Shown here: positions 1 through 8,656 of the stretch, piece by piece | Position numbering within the stretch: position 1 is the first letter of the stretch | How the letters are laid out: every line of letters starts with the position of its first letter | Source: a virus | Taxonomy: Duplodnaviria > Caudoviricetes | IMG/VR virus record: IMGVR_UViG_3300011560_000001 | Span: 160,001-224,000 of that record | Strand: one strand, 5' to 3' | Length of the DNA: 64,000 bases | Made by a program: the position numbers and the translations under genes | Notes under the pieces: generated by a model | What the model saw: only the letters and a program-made list of their open reading frames with translations | Told to the model about the DNA's origin: nothing | Databases searched by the model: none

Positions 1-1
1 T

Positions 2-1033
2 AAAACACGCATTCATGATATCGCTGCTTACGACCGACTGGAAGATTATATCCGCGCACAGACGGGTGATAAAAAGATCACGCTGTCGATGACCGTAGAT
101 TACATGTCGACAGAGAAAGTACCCGGTTGGTTGCGTTCACAAGCCATCGTTCGCCGTCTCGCAGTACGCGATTTGGACCAAGCCGTACAGCCTGTCGTTA
201 AAGATGGGGTGTTGGTGAGTTGTACGCACCTGGTAACGTTGATCTTTAGCTATGTGAATAACCTTTGTACGGAACGACGTTTCAGCGGACCGATTCGCGA
301 GAAAACGCCGCGAGGGAATGCGCAAGATGAAGACAGTCAAGGCGTGATTGATGCGTTGATGGTGAAAGATAAACGTTCACCACGCGTACTCATTCTTGAC
401 ATCGCGTATCTTACCCAGATGGAACGGGTTCTGCATGACGTCGACGAAACAGCACCTTACGGTAAAGTTGAAGACATGTATGCGCGTATCGCAAAACGAT
501 ACGACGGATACACCTACGCTAAACATGATGACAGCGTTGAGTTAAAACCAATCAACCGCGGATGCCGAGCATTGGCACAATGGTTGCTTGATAGTCATCT
601 TCCAGCGAGAAGTCTATCACCGATTGAAGCCGTACATCAGGCAAAAGCGTTAGCAATCGCAGCGTGCTTATTAGACCATTGGGGTTTTCCTCAACTGGCT
701 GCGCTGACCGTAGGTATCCAGGTTAAACGCGACGACGTTTACCAGATTATCCATCAGTTAAAACCACAGGAGGTCATTACCGTCAATAAATTGTATCCGC
801 ATGCCATGTATGAAGATGAACGTACAACTTTACCGGTTGTCGGTATTAACATGGTGGCTGATGCGTTTTGTGAATGGGATTGGGATGTTTCCGCAGCAGG
901 TCCGGAAATCCTTGAGAAAGTCCCAGCTGATCGTAAAGGATTGATGCTTTGTCCAGCAGATATCCGTCAGCAGCTTGTGCAATTAGTTGTTCGATTAAAT
1001 GAACACGTAGTAAATTTAAGAGGAAAAAAATAA
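2..1033 (+). CDS. Non-virion RNAP gp68-like (promoter-specificity) subunit, 5' end outside window
   Basis: Frame is open from nt 2; C-terminal ...CLLDHWGFPQLAAL motif; lies directly upstream of gp69/gp70/beta-like genes as in the phiKZ core block. Confidence 0.65.
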   Translation, partial: KTRIHDIAAYDRLEDYIRAQTGDKKITLSMTVDYMSTEKVPGWLRSQAIVRRLAVRDLDQAVQPVVKDGVLVSCTHLVTLIFSYVNNLCTERRFSGPIREKTPRGNAQDEDSQGVIDALMVKDKRSPRVLILDIAYLTQMERVLHDVDETAPYGKVEDMYARIAKRYDGYTYAKHDDSVELKPINRGCRALAQWLLDSHLPARSLSPIEAVHQAKALAIAACLLDHWGFPQLAALTVGIQVKRDDVYQIIHQLKPQEVITVNKLYPHAMYEDERTTLPVVGINMVADAFCEWDWDVSAAGPEILEKVPADRKGLMLCPADIRQQLVQLVVRLNEHVVNLRGKK

Positions 1034-1034
1034 A

Positions 1035-2621
1035 ATGATCCCGATGAATGTTCGTGAAATACTGATGGTTGAAACTGCGCCGTATAACAATGTACAACGT
1101 CGTCCGCTGCGATTCCATGCAGATAGCATGCGTAGCATCGAAGACTTTATTAATACGACGAAGTTCGGTACGGCAACAACCCCATCAGCAATCAATAAGC
1201 TTGCAACCGGTTTGTTACAGCAGTCTGCAGAACCTGAGGGGGTTTCGGAGATTGCGAATGGTTGGGGTACACGTCGTTTCCATTTCATGATGGCTGTGGA
1301 AGAATCCTTGGCTCTTGCACCAGGAACCAAGCGTGTCCATTACATTTCTGGATACACCGACCATTCGGTAAGCCTCGATGCGTTTACAACGCGTGCTATC
1401 GATCTACCGAACGAACTGGTGTTCTTCTTCACGAATGTAATCCAGGTAACCGAAACAACCACAACGGATATGTTCGGTAAGCAAATCGTTCGCGCGACCC
1501 CGATGGACGCAACGAACCTTTTGACTGGCGCATACGACCCTGTTAATCGTGATGTTCAGTTCAGTACTCGTGTTCAGGATACGCTGACTTATGCGTCGAC
1601 TGCACGTTGGGTAGGAAATGGTGGTTTTGATAACCAGTTCATGGACCCAGCCATGCAGAACGTAATGCAACAGTTCGATCCTGCCTACGCTGATGTGGTT
1701 CATCGCACTTCCTATCAATCGCAACCGGAACCGGTTTTTCGTGGTGTGGAAGCAGCAATGTGTTTCGCAACGGAGAAAATCAAACCAGCTAGTGCTGATA
1801 CGAACATCCCAACCATCTATCTAAGAAAAGCCTTCGATAACGTCGGGGCTATTCGTCAGACGTACGAAAGCGGGTCTCATCCAGGTAGCGCAGAGAATGA
1901 GGATATTTACGTAGAAGCAGCTCAAGCTGTTCGTGAAGAACCGTTGGTTGCGCATCCGGTATTCGGTGCGATTATGCGTGATGAGGGATTCGCCTTCAGC
2001 GGTAGCCTGAGTTGGGCTGATATGAAACGGATGTTCGGCGAGCACGTCCGTGACGTCTTAAGACTGTTCCCGTACGTGGAAGCTCGTCGCGGTACATCGG
2101 CAACCACCGAGTTTGGTTGGATGCCGACCGATAGCCAGAGCTGGGACGTTATCGATTATCCAACGCTGTATTGTTCATCACTTGCTGCGATGATGCCCGC
2201 TGCGATGACGTATCGCATGTTGGAGTCGTTCCGTTTCATCGCTGATAACCACGGCCATCCAGAACTAGGCATCATGCCTGGGCAGTGGGCGGTTGCGGTT
2301 ACTGACGCTGTACCGTTCATTAAAGGGTATGATTGTAACCGCGCTGCTGAACAGATGCGTTCCGACATGATTACCAATATCCTGCCCTCCATGTTGAGTA
2401 ACAACCCGAACGCGGTTATGGTGAGTGGTGCAATCAACCTGTTCCTGGACAGCCAGTTCAAGATCAGCGTTGACGGCTCTTCACCGATTCCGTACACCAT
2501 GCCGAACATCAACCCATCTGCATACAGCCCGCTGCTCAACCGTAGCCAGCAGGAGGTTTACAAGCTGAGTGTTGATTTGTTTAACCTGGTGGATGCGGTA
2601 ACTACCAAAGGCAACTTCTAA
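1035..2621 (+). CDS. Phage-nucleus protein-import factor PicA/Imp1 (phiKZ gp69-like)
   Basis: N-terminal ETAPYN..RRP, GWGTRRFHF and YISGYTDH motifs recalled from the gp69 family; synteny between gp68-like and gp70-like genes. Confidence 0.7.
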   Translation: MIPMNVREILMVETAPYNNVQRRPLRFHADSMRSIEDFINTTKFGTATTPSAINKLATGLLQQSAEPEGVSEIANGWGTRRFHFMMAVEESLALAPGTKRVHYISGYTDHSVSLDAFTTRAIDLPNELVFFFTNVIQVTETTTTDMFGKQIVRATPMDATNLLTGAYDPVNRDVQFSTRVQDTLTYASTARWVGNGGFDNQFMDPAMQNVMQQFDPAYADVVHRTSYQSQPEPVFRGVEAAMCFATEKIKPASADTNIPTIYLRKAFDNVGAIRQTYESGSHPGSAENEDIYVEAAQAVREEPLVAHPVFGAIMRDEGFAFSGSLSWADMKRMFGEHVRDVLRLFPYVEARRGTSATTEFGWMPTDSQSWDVIDYPTLYCSSLAAMMPAAMTYRMLESFRFIADNHGHPELGIMPGQWAVAVTDAVPFIKGYDCNRAAEQMRSDMITNILPSMLSNNPNAVMVSGAINLFLDSQFKISVDGSSPIPYTMPNINPSAYSPLLNRSQQEVYKLSVDLFNLVDAVTTKGNF

Positions 2622-2676
2622 TCCATAGGTCCCCTGTTGTGGGGGACCGTTGACGTAAAAGAAAAGGAAACGTAAT

Positions 2677-3957
2677 ATGTCGAAGCTTATTGAAGCTTAT
2701 CGCAAAGCGCTGCAAAGCGTTAACTATTTTGAGAATGACGCCCACGAATTAGAATATCGTTTTACAGATGGTGATGGTAAAGTTGTTGCAGTTGCCGCTA
2801 CCGTGGAAAGCATGCCGTTGCTGATGCCGGTTCCCGAAGTTCGTACCGGAAATCAACTTGCCGAACGTGTACTGTTCCATCCGCTAAGTGAAGACGTGAT
2901 GAATGGTGAATCGGAAGTACTTCAGTTCCTGCGTCGTGCAATGGTTGTTCGTTTTAACGCCACGCTGTGCTCCATGCTGATTTGGATGGTTGAAACCGCA
3001 ATCAATCCTAAAGAAGCAAAACGTTTCGGACCGAAGCAAAAAGAGTTCTTCAATATCCTTGCGGATGCCAGCGATAAAACGCTAACGACGTTAGGTAAAC
3101 TGGTCACCGTTTGGTTGAAACGTGACACACCGTATACGTTGTCTAAAATTTATCTTCGTCGTACCGGCGCAACCTACATGGGTAAGAAGATGACCCGCGT
3201 TGCGGTAGTTACTTTCCCGTTCATGGAAGAGGAACACATCAGCACGAAAGATAAGAAAACGTACTGGTGTGGTGTTGAGATTTCCAAGAAAGATCTTAAC
3301 ATGCTGAGAAACCTGGTTGAGTACGTTATCCCACACTCTGGTGAAGTAAGTGAAACGTATAATGCCGGGTCAAGCGATCCTCATGCTCCGTATTTCGATT
3401 GTCTTATCCACAGCTTCGCGAAGCTGATGGAACCGCTGAACAATCTCATCAAACTGTTTGGTGATAAGTACGACGGTAAAGAGAACGGTTATTGCGACGT
3501 TACCTGGGTCGAGGATTTTGAGCCGATTACCCAACATCGTGGTCAGATTCCACCAGCGAAATACAACATGGGTGTAACGCTGAACAGTCGACCACAGCCG
3601 ACGGTTAAGCCAAATCCATCAGCAGCTGCACATGAAGGCATGCAACCGCGTCCGGCTGCAACGAGTAACGTGATCGATAACCTGTTAGGTAAAACCGCAC
3701 CTGTTCAACCTAATCAATGGGAAAGCGGCGGTAATCAACCGGCGGGTAATAGCACGTTCGATGCGTTGATGAACCGTGTTGCAGAACGTAACGGTACGAT
3801 GTTCAATAATTCCGCTTGGCCTGGTATGGGTATGCAGCCTGTTGGGTGGGGGATGCCGCAAGCACCGCAGTCACCAAACGGTTTACGTCGTCGGGCTGAG
3901 ATGGAACGTAACAACATCCTGAGCGCATGGACAGGACGTACCGTAAATCGTTTCTGA
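2677..3957 (+). CDS. Conserved chimallivirus core protein (phiKZ gp70-like) with low-complexity C-terminal tail
   Basis: FHPLSE..GESEV motif; synteny; last ~125 aa are P/Q/N/G/M-rich. Confidence 0.6.
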   Translation: MSKLIEAYRKALQSVNYFENDAHELEYRFTDGDGKVVAVAATVESMPLLMPVPEVRTGNQLAERVLFHPLSEDVMNGESEVLQFLRRAMVVRFNATLCSMLIWMVETAINPKEAKRFGPKQKEFFNILADASDKTLTTLGKLVTVWLKRDTPYTLSKIYLRRTGATYMGKKMTRVAVVTFPFMEEEHISTKDKKTYWCGVEISKKDLNMLRNLVEYVIPHSGEVSETYNAGSSDPHAPYFDCLIHSFAKLMEPLNNLIKLFGDKYDGKENGYCDVTWVEDFEPITQHRGQIPPAKYNMGVTLNSRPQPTVKPNPSAAAHEGMQPRPAATSNVIDNLLGKTAPVQPNQWESGGNQPAGNSTFDALMNRVAERNGTMFNNSAWPGMGMQPVGWGMPQAPQSPNGLRRRAEMERNNILSAWTGRTVNRF

Positions 3958-3977
3958 TGTGCTAAGCCAACGAACGA

Positions 3978-4017
3978 CGGCATAAATGCCCTCCCTACGC
4001 TTTACGCTGTGGGAGGG
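3978..4017 (-). terminator. Hairpin + TTTATGCCG element
   Basis: CCCTCCC...GGGAGGG stem; on the minus strand it is followed by TTTATGCCG, just after the stop of 4023..4388. Confidence 0.65.
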
Positions 4018-4022
4018 TTATC

Positions 4023-4388
4023 TTAAGCGCTGTAATGGATTGTGCGGTACTGCTGTTTTAATGTGTTGATTGCGCTTGTATCGACAATCTTCATGGTTAG
4101 AACATCGGCTGTGTATTCCGTAGGGTCGCGATAACCATTGAGTCTCATGGTGATCCAGTGCATTGATTCACTGCCCTCGCCAAGCAGAACACGGCACAAT
4201 CCATAAAAGTTACCATCGAATTCGTAGGCGCGTTCGGGTGGTATGTCTATCGTAGAGACCAGTCCGGCATTTTTGAAATATTCCAGATGCATCTCAACAA
4301 CGTTCCTGAAATCAAGATCGTGGATGAGGTCATCGGGGTTTGTCTTAAGAAAGTCGTTCAGGGGCGTGTTAGACATGACGTACCTCAA
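4023..4388 (-). CDS. Conserved small phiKZ-like protein (possibly virion/baseplate-associated)
   Basis: FDGNFYGL...HWITMRLNG..P motif; antisense position just before RNAP beta, typical of this block. Confidence 0.55.
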   Translation of the reverse strand: MRYVMSNTPLNDFLKTNPDDLIHDLDFRNVVEMHLEYFKNAGLVSTIDIPPERAYEFDGNFYGLCRVLLGEGSESMHWITMRLNGYRDPTEYTADVLTMKIVDTSAINTLKQQYRTIHYSA

Positions 4389-4407
4389 TTCGATAATAGG
4401 AAGTCCT

Positions 4408-6576
4408 ATGCATTATAAAGAAAAACCTCTTTATGAATCTGTGAAGCAGGCAATCGCTGAAGGTAAAATCATTCCCATTAAACAGGAGTATACTGGCGTA
4501 GGGACTGGACTTAACGGGCTATTGCATTATAACTCAGCACAGCGCGCTGCGATGTTTGGTGGACATCTTAGCCAAGCGTTGGTTATCAAAGATGCGAAAC
4601 CGTCCCGACTAACGACGGGGATTGAATACCAGTACGGACAGAACACTTGGTCAGTAGAGTTTCCAGTTGAATCTCGCATCATAGATATCATTCCGCGGTT
4701 TCAACCAGGACATACAGCAAACAGCATCAAAACAAACACGATGCATTACGTGCTGTATGAAAACCAAGAGGATGGTAACCGTCACGAGTTACGCTTGCTT
4801 GAAGTGCCTGAGCATCACATCATGCATCAGCAGTATGGTTTCCGTTTTCGACCAACCAACTTGTTCCATTCCCTTCGTCGCGGTCAGATCGTGCCGCGGT
4901 ATTCTCGTTTGATGGAAAGCCCAGCGATCAATCAAGAAACACGTGAGTGGGGTTACGGTCGTGATTGCAAGGTGTGTTTCGGTAGCTTCTACCAGTGTAT
5001 TGAAGATGGTGGCGTTGCCCGTCGTGGTGTATTGAAGCATTTCACCAGTACCGGTATTGAGAAGCGAACAATTACATCAGGTAAGTCGCGATACCCAATC
5101 AATCTCTACGGTGATGACGAGGTATATCAAGCAATACCCGAGAACGGTGAGCGTATTCGTAAGGATGGGTTACTCGCAGCAACACGCGAAATCGATCCTA
5201 TCCTTAGCGTTGTTGACATGATGACGTGTAATCTTCAGCGTGTGGATTATGTTTACGATGACCTCACTTACGCTGAACCGAATGCGCGTGTAACGGATAT
5301 CGATGTTGTCAGCGACCGGCATCGTCGTTCTGGACGTCAAGCCCGCGAGCGTGCGATTATGATGGAAGAGAAGATGCGTCCTCCGTATCGTCAATTCCTG
5401 AAATATGAGAACGCGATCGGTTTGCTTTACACCCGAATTCAGGATGCTGTTCGTAAGTACGAACGTGAACGCGTTGGTACGCCGATACGTCATCATCAAA
5501 CGGTGATGTGGTGGTTGAACCTGGCCGATGCTGAACACGGTATTGATATCCGCAATCCGAACGGACAGCTACGTCATGTGTTGCCGACCCGCGATTACCG
5601 TAAAGAGAATCTTGATGATTGGCGTGTGACCATCACGTACACGTACGATGTTGTTCCGGGTATCGGGTTTAAATTCACCGGTATGGCAGGCGATAAATTC
5701 GTCGTAACCGACATCATGGAAGACGATGAAATGCCGGTTGACCAATGGGGTAACGTTGCGGACTTTATGTTTGACGATAGCACGGTAATCAAAAGGATGA
5801 GTTTAAGTCGTGTTAATGCGCCATACATCAACGGTGTTGGTGACCAGATCATGCGTGAACTGAAACCGGTGATGGATGCAGGCGATCTGGAGACCGCTTG
5901 GAACACACTGATGCGCTACTACTATATCGTCAGTCCTGAGTTCGTGGAACAGGTTGTTGAAAAATACTGTATCACGAATGAGGATAAATGGGATCATTTA
6001 CGGTACGTACAGCGTCACGGTACGGAAGTTTATATCCCGACGGACAGTATCGCAGCAGGTTCAGAACGTATGGAGAATCTGATTCGTGAGTTCCCGTTGA
6101 AGAAAGGTCCTGTACGGTACCGCGGGCGTTCTGGACAGTGGCGGACAACCAAGAACGATATTGCGATCGGTGACACGTACATCATGATGTTGGAGAAGAC
6201 GGCGAACGATTGGTCGGCTGTGGGTATTCCTAAACTGCAAGCGCACGGATTACCGTCGAAACTCAGTAATAGCGATAAGTACAGTTCTCCTGGTAAAGAG
6301 CAACCAACTCGTTACTGCGGCGAATCCGAACATCGCGAAGTTACCGCCTTTGCTGGCGGATGGTTTGCGAGCGTCTTTATGGATTATGCGAACAATCCAA
6401 AACAGGTGGATAGCATCACTGAAAGCATCTATGCGACCGATAAGCCGTCAGCGATTCCTATCGCAACCAACTTCGAGAAGTATCCCATTGGCGGTAACCG
6501 TGCGTTGAGGATTCTGTATCATCAACTGAATGTTGCTGGTGGACAAATCATCGACGCGGACGACTGCGAAAGCTAA
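4408..6576 (+). CDS. Non-virion RNA polymerase beta subunit, C-terminal part (phiKZ gp71-73-like)
   Basis: NSAQRAAMFGGHLSQ, IEDG, GFKFTGMAGDKFVV (equivalent of GDK..HGNKG), MPVD..G..AD, R.CGESE; AGGAAG RBS before ATG 4408. Confidence 0.9.
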   Translation: MHYKEKPLYESVKQAIAEGKIIPIKQEYTGVGTGLNGLLHYNSAQRAAMFGGHLSQALVIKDAKPSRLTTGIEYQYGQNTWSVEFPVESRIIDIIPRFQPGHTANSIKTNTMHYVLYENQEDGNRHELRLLEVPEHHIMHQQYGFRFRPTNLFHSLRRGQIVPRYSRLMESPAINQETREWGYGRDCKVCFGSFYQCIEDGGVARRGVLKHFTSTGIEKRTITSGKSRYPINLYGDDEVYQAIPENGERIRKDGLLAATREIDPILSVVDMMTCNLQRVDYVYDDLTYAEPNARVTDIDVVSDRHRRSGRQARERAIMMEEKMRPPYRQFLKYENAIGLLYTRIQDAVRKYERERVGTPIRHHQTVMWWLNLADAEHGIDIRNPNGQLRHVLPTRDYRKENLDDWRVTITYTYDVVPGIGFKFTGMAGDKFVVTDIMEDDEMPVDQWGNVADFMFDDSTVIKRMSLSRVNAPYINGVGDQIMRELKPVMDAGDLETAWNTLMRYYYIVSPEFVEQVVEKYCITNEDKWDHLRYVQRHGTEVYIPTDSIAAGSERMENLIREFPLKKGPVRYRGRSGQWRTTKNDIAIGDTYIMMLEKTANDWSAVGIPKLQAHGLPSKLSNSDKYSSPGKEQPTRYCGESEHREVTAFAGGWFASVFMDYANNPKQVDSITESIYATDKPSAIPIATNFEKYPIGGNRALRILYHQLNVAGGQIIDADDCES

Positions 6577-6587
6577 CGAGGTAAACG

Positions 6588-7001
6588 ATGGACCATTACG
6601 ACAGCGTGATCGCGATGATAACACCCCATTTAATTCGCCCAACCACCAACAGTGAATCAACAACCTCAGGCGAGGAACAAACGCTTGATGGCACCTATCG
6701 AGAGTGGCGCGAAGCGGAGGGTTTGACGCGTTCTGCGAACATCGATGCGGTCTATGATGCATTCTCCGATGTTCGCGATAGTAAAGGTGAGTTGATGCGT
6801 GTCAGTTCTATCGGCCGAAAGGAACTCGGCAATGACGACATGTACAATTTACAGATTTGTGAAGAAGTGGCAGAGAAAACAGCAAAAGGGATGATGGTGT
6901 TGGATCTGTTCGGAGAACAAGGACGTATCGAATTACAAAACTCGTTAACACGATGTGTCCTTCAGACACTATTTGAATATAAGAACCGTACACCTTTCTG
7001 A
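6588..7001 (+). CDS. Hypothetical protein, paralogue of 7503..7868
   Basis: GAGG RBS; VAEKTAKGMMVLDLFGEQG motif shared with the 7503 ORF. Confidence 0.7.
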   Translation: MDHYDSVIAMITPHLIRPTTNSESTTSGEEQTLDGTYREWREAEGLTRSANIDAVYDAFSDVRDSKGELMRVSSIGRKELGNDDMYNLQICEEVAEKTAKGMMVLDLFGEQGRIELQNSLTRCVLQTLFEYKNRTPF

Positions 7002-7012
7002 TGTATATTACG

Positions 7013-7053
7013 CCTCCTCCTGCCTATGTGGTGGGAGGAGGATGTTTATGCTG
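7013..7053 (+). terminator. Hairpin + TTTATGCTG element
   Basis: CCTCCTCC...GGAGGAGG stem after stop codon, then TTTATGCTG. Confidence 0.65.
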
Positions 7054-7121
7054 ATTAAAAGGGACGGTTTATTTTAACTGCTTAACACTAGAATGTGAAG
7101 ACTTAAAAAAGGATCCCTGGT

Positions 7122-7469
7122 ATGAGTGATAAAGAAAATCGTTCCGTAGCGGTGAACTACGTAAATAATTTAATCTTGCAAGAACTTGCCCGTGATGCAG
7201 TAAAAGCAACGAATAAGCTAGGTTTTATCAATCATCATGGACACATCATCGACATTAAAAATCCTGACTGCCAGATCGTCGACATACGCAGCCAGGTCGA
7301 ACAAGTAGCTAACGTTATGGTTAAAGCCGAATACTGGCTAGAAACCATGAAAGAGCATGTTATCCAACCCCAACAATTAGATATCGACGTTGATGAAATT
7401 ATTGAACAAGTTGAAGAATCGTTCAATGAACTCGTCAACCATCGTATCGAAAAAGTTTTAAAGTTTTAA
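7122..7469 (+). CDS. Hypothetical protein
   Basis: 115 aa ORF with AAGGA RBS. Confidence 0.65.
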   Translation: MSDKENRSVAVNYVNNLILQELARDAVKATNKLGFINHHGHIIDIKNPDCQIVDIRSQVEQVANVMVKAEYWLETMKEHVIQPQQLDIDVDEIIEQVEESFNELVNHRIEKVLKF

Positions 7470-7502
7470 ACGATTGCTAACATTCACCTGAGGAAAAACA
7501 TA

Positions 7503-7868
7503 ATGAACTTAATTCGCAAATTAACACTGCAAGAACTGGCCCGTCCAATCGGTATTGAAGCAGCATTGCATGATGATGATAATACCGATGCGTTACAAGT
7601 CGCCGTGCTTACAGCGACCACGAACTATGCTGTTGATGTAGGCACCATTGAACCGGTACGTAGTTTTGAAGAAGATGCAACCGTTATTGATACAGTTGCT
7701 CAAAACGTCGCGCAAGGTTTGGTTGTGCTTGACCTGGCTGGTGATGCCGGTGAAGAAGCGCTGCGCGAAGCGATGGCTGATTACGCTGCCAACTGGGATA
7801 CCACCGCAGTGCAGAAAACGTTCGACGGTTCCGAAGAGGATTGTGTTGAAGAAGACAGCATAGAGTAA
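7503..7868 (+). CDS. Acidic hypothetical protein, paralogue of 6588..7001
   Basis: GAGGA RBS; VAQNVAQGLVVLDLAGDAG motif. Confidence 0.7.
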   Translation: MNLIRKLTLQELARPIGIEAALHDDDNTDALQVAVLTATTNYAVDVGTIEPVRSFEEDATVIDTVAQNVAQGLVVLDLAGDAGEEALREAMADYAANWDTTAVQKTFDGSEEDCVEEDSIE

Positions 7869-7881
7869 TAAACACGAATAG

Positions 7882-7921
7882 CCCTCCCTCTCCCATGTGG
7901 AGGTGGGAGGGAACTATGTCG
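7882..7921 (+). terminator. Hairpin + TATG element
   Basis: CCCTCCC...GGGAGGG stem followed by AACTATGTCG. Confidence 0.6.
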
Positions 7922-8025
7922 TTGTTTTTATTTTCCGTTATTTCTGACGGAAATAAAGCAATATATGCAAAGGCAACGTATATCCAACATGTCATCTATC
8001 CTAACGTATAAGAGGAAATGAGATT

Positions 8026-8511
8026 ATGGAGATAGCACACGCCAACATATACGGCGATGGATTAACGGTATATGAAGAAACATGGGCGGATGAACAGATT
8101 GTTTGGCTTAACGGATTCAGTGTCAAAACCATTGAGGACCCAGCGTTAGGCGTCGCATATACGTACCCCGCCGACACGTTAGAGCAGCTATTTCAGGATA
8201 TTCGAAATGATCTCATTGAAGTGGAAGGTGTGGATGGAACGGTTTACGGTAAAGTAGATAAGTTTGGGCGTGACCTTCTAGGCGATCACCCAAACATCAT
8301 TCGTATTGGTATTTATCCGTATCCGACATTCCCGTTCGTTGATGGGGTTTATGTTATTCGACCAAAGTTGGTCGGTGAAGAAAACGTATACCGTAATGAT
8401 AAAGGGCTTCGTGTAACCGAGGTGAGACAGATAAAGGGGTTTATTCTCACCGTTTTTGCGGATATGACGGACGCTATGGATCCATACGCTTTACAACAGC
8501 AAGCTGGATAA
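8026..8511 (+). CDS. Hypothetical protein
   Basis: 161 aa ORF with GAGGA RBS. Confidence 0.65.
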   Translation: MEIAHANIYGDGLTVYEETWADEQIVWLNGFSVKTIEDPALGVAYTYPADTLEQLFQDIRNDLIEVEGVDGTVYGKVDKFGRDLLGDHPNIIRIGIYPYPTFPFVDGVYVIRPKLVGEENVYRNDKGLRVTEVRQIKGFILTVFADMTDAMDPYALQQQAG

Positions 8512-8656
8512 TGCTGCTGGCCTTTACGACAGCAGTGGAGATATATTAACACCTACATAACCTAAGGGAAGGGATTCCCGATGCTATCAAAACGATAGTA
8601 AAGTCCAACGGATTTGGTAAACCGTATGATAAAACCATTTAAATCGGAAAGCAATA

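Noticed and set aside
4243-4407. N-terminal extension of the beta ORF given in the track
   Set aside because: It overlaps the conserved antisense gene 4023..4388; a good RBS precedes ATG 4408.
4408-6576. Intron or homing endonuclease splitting the beta subunit, as in phiKZ gp71-73
   Set aside because: The ORF is continuous through all motifs and no HNH gene is adjacent.
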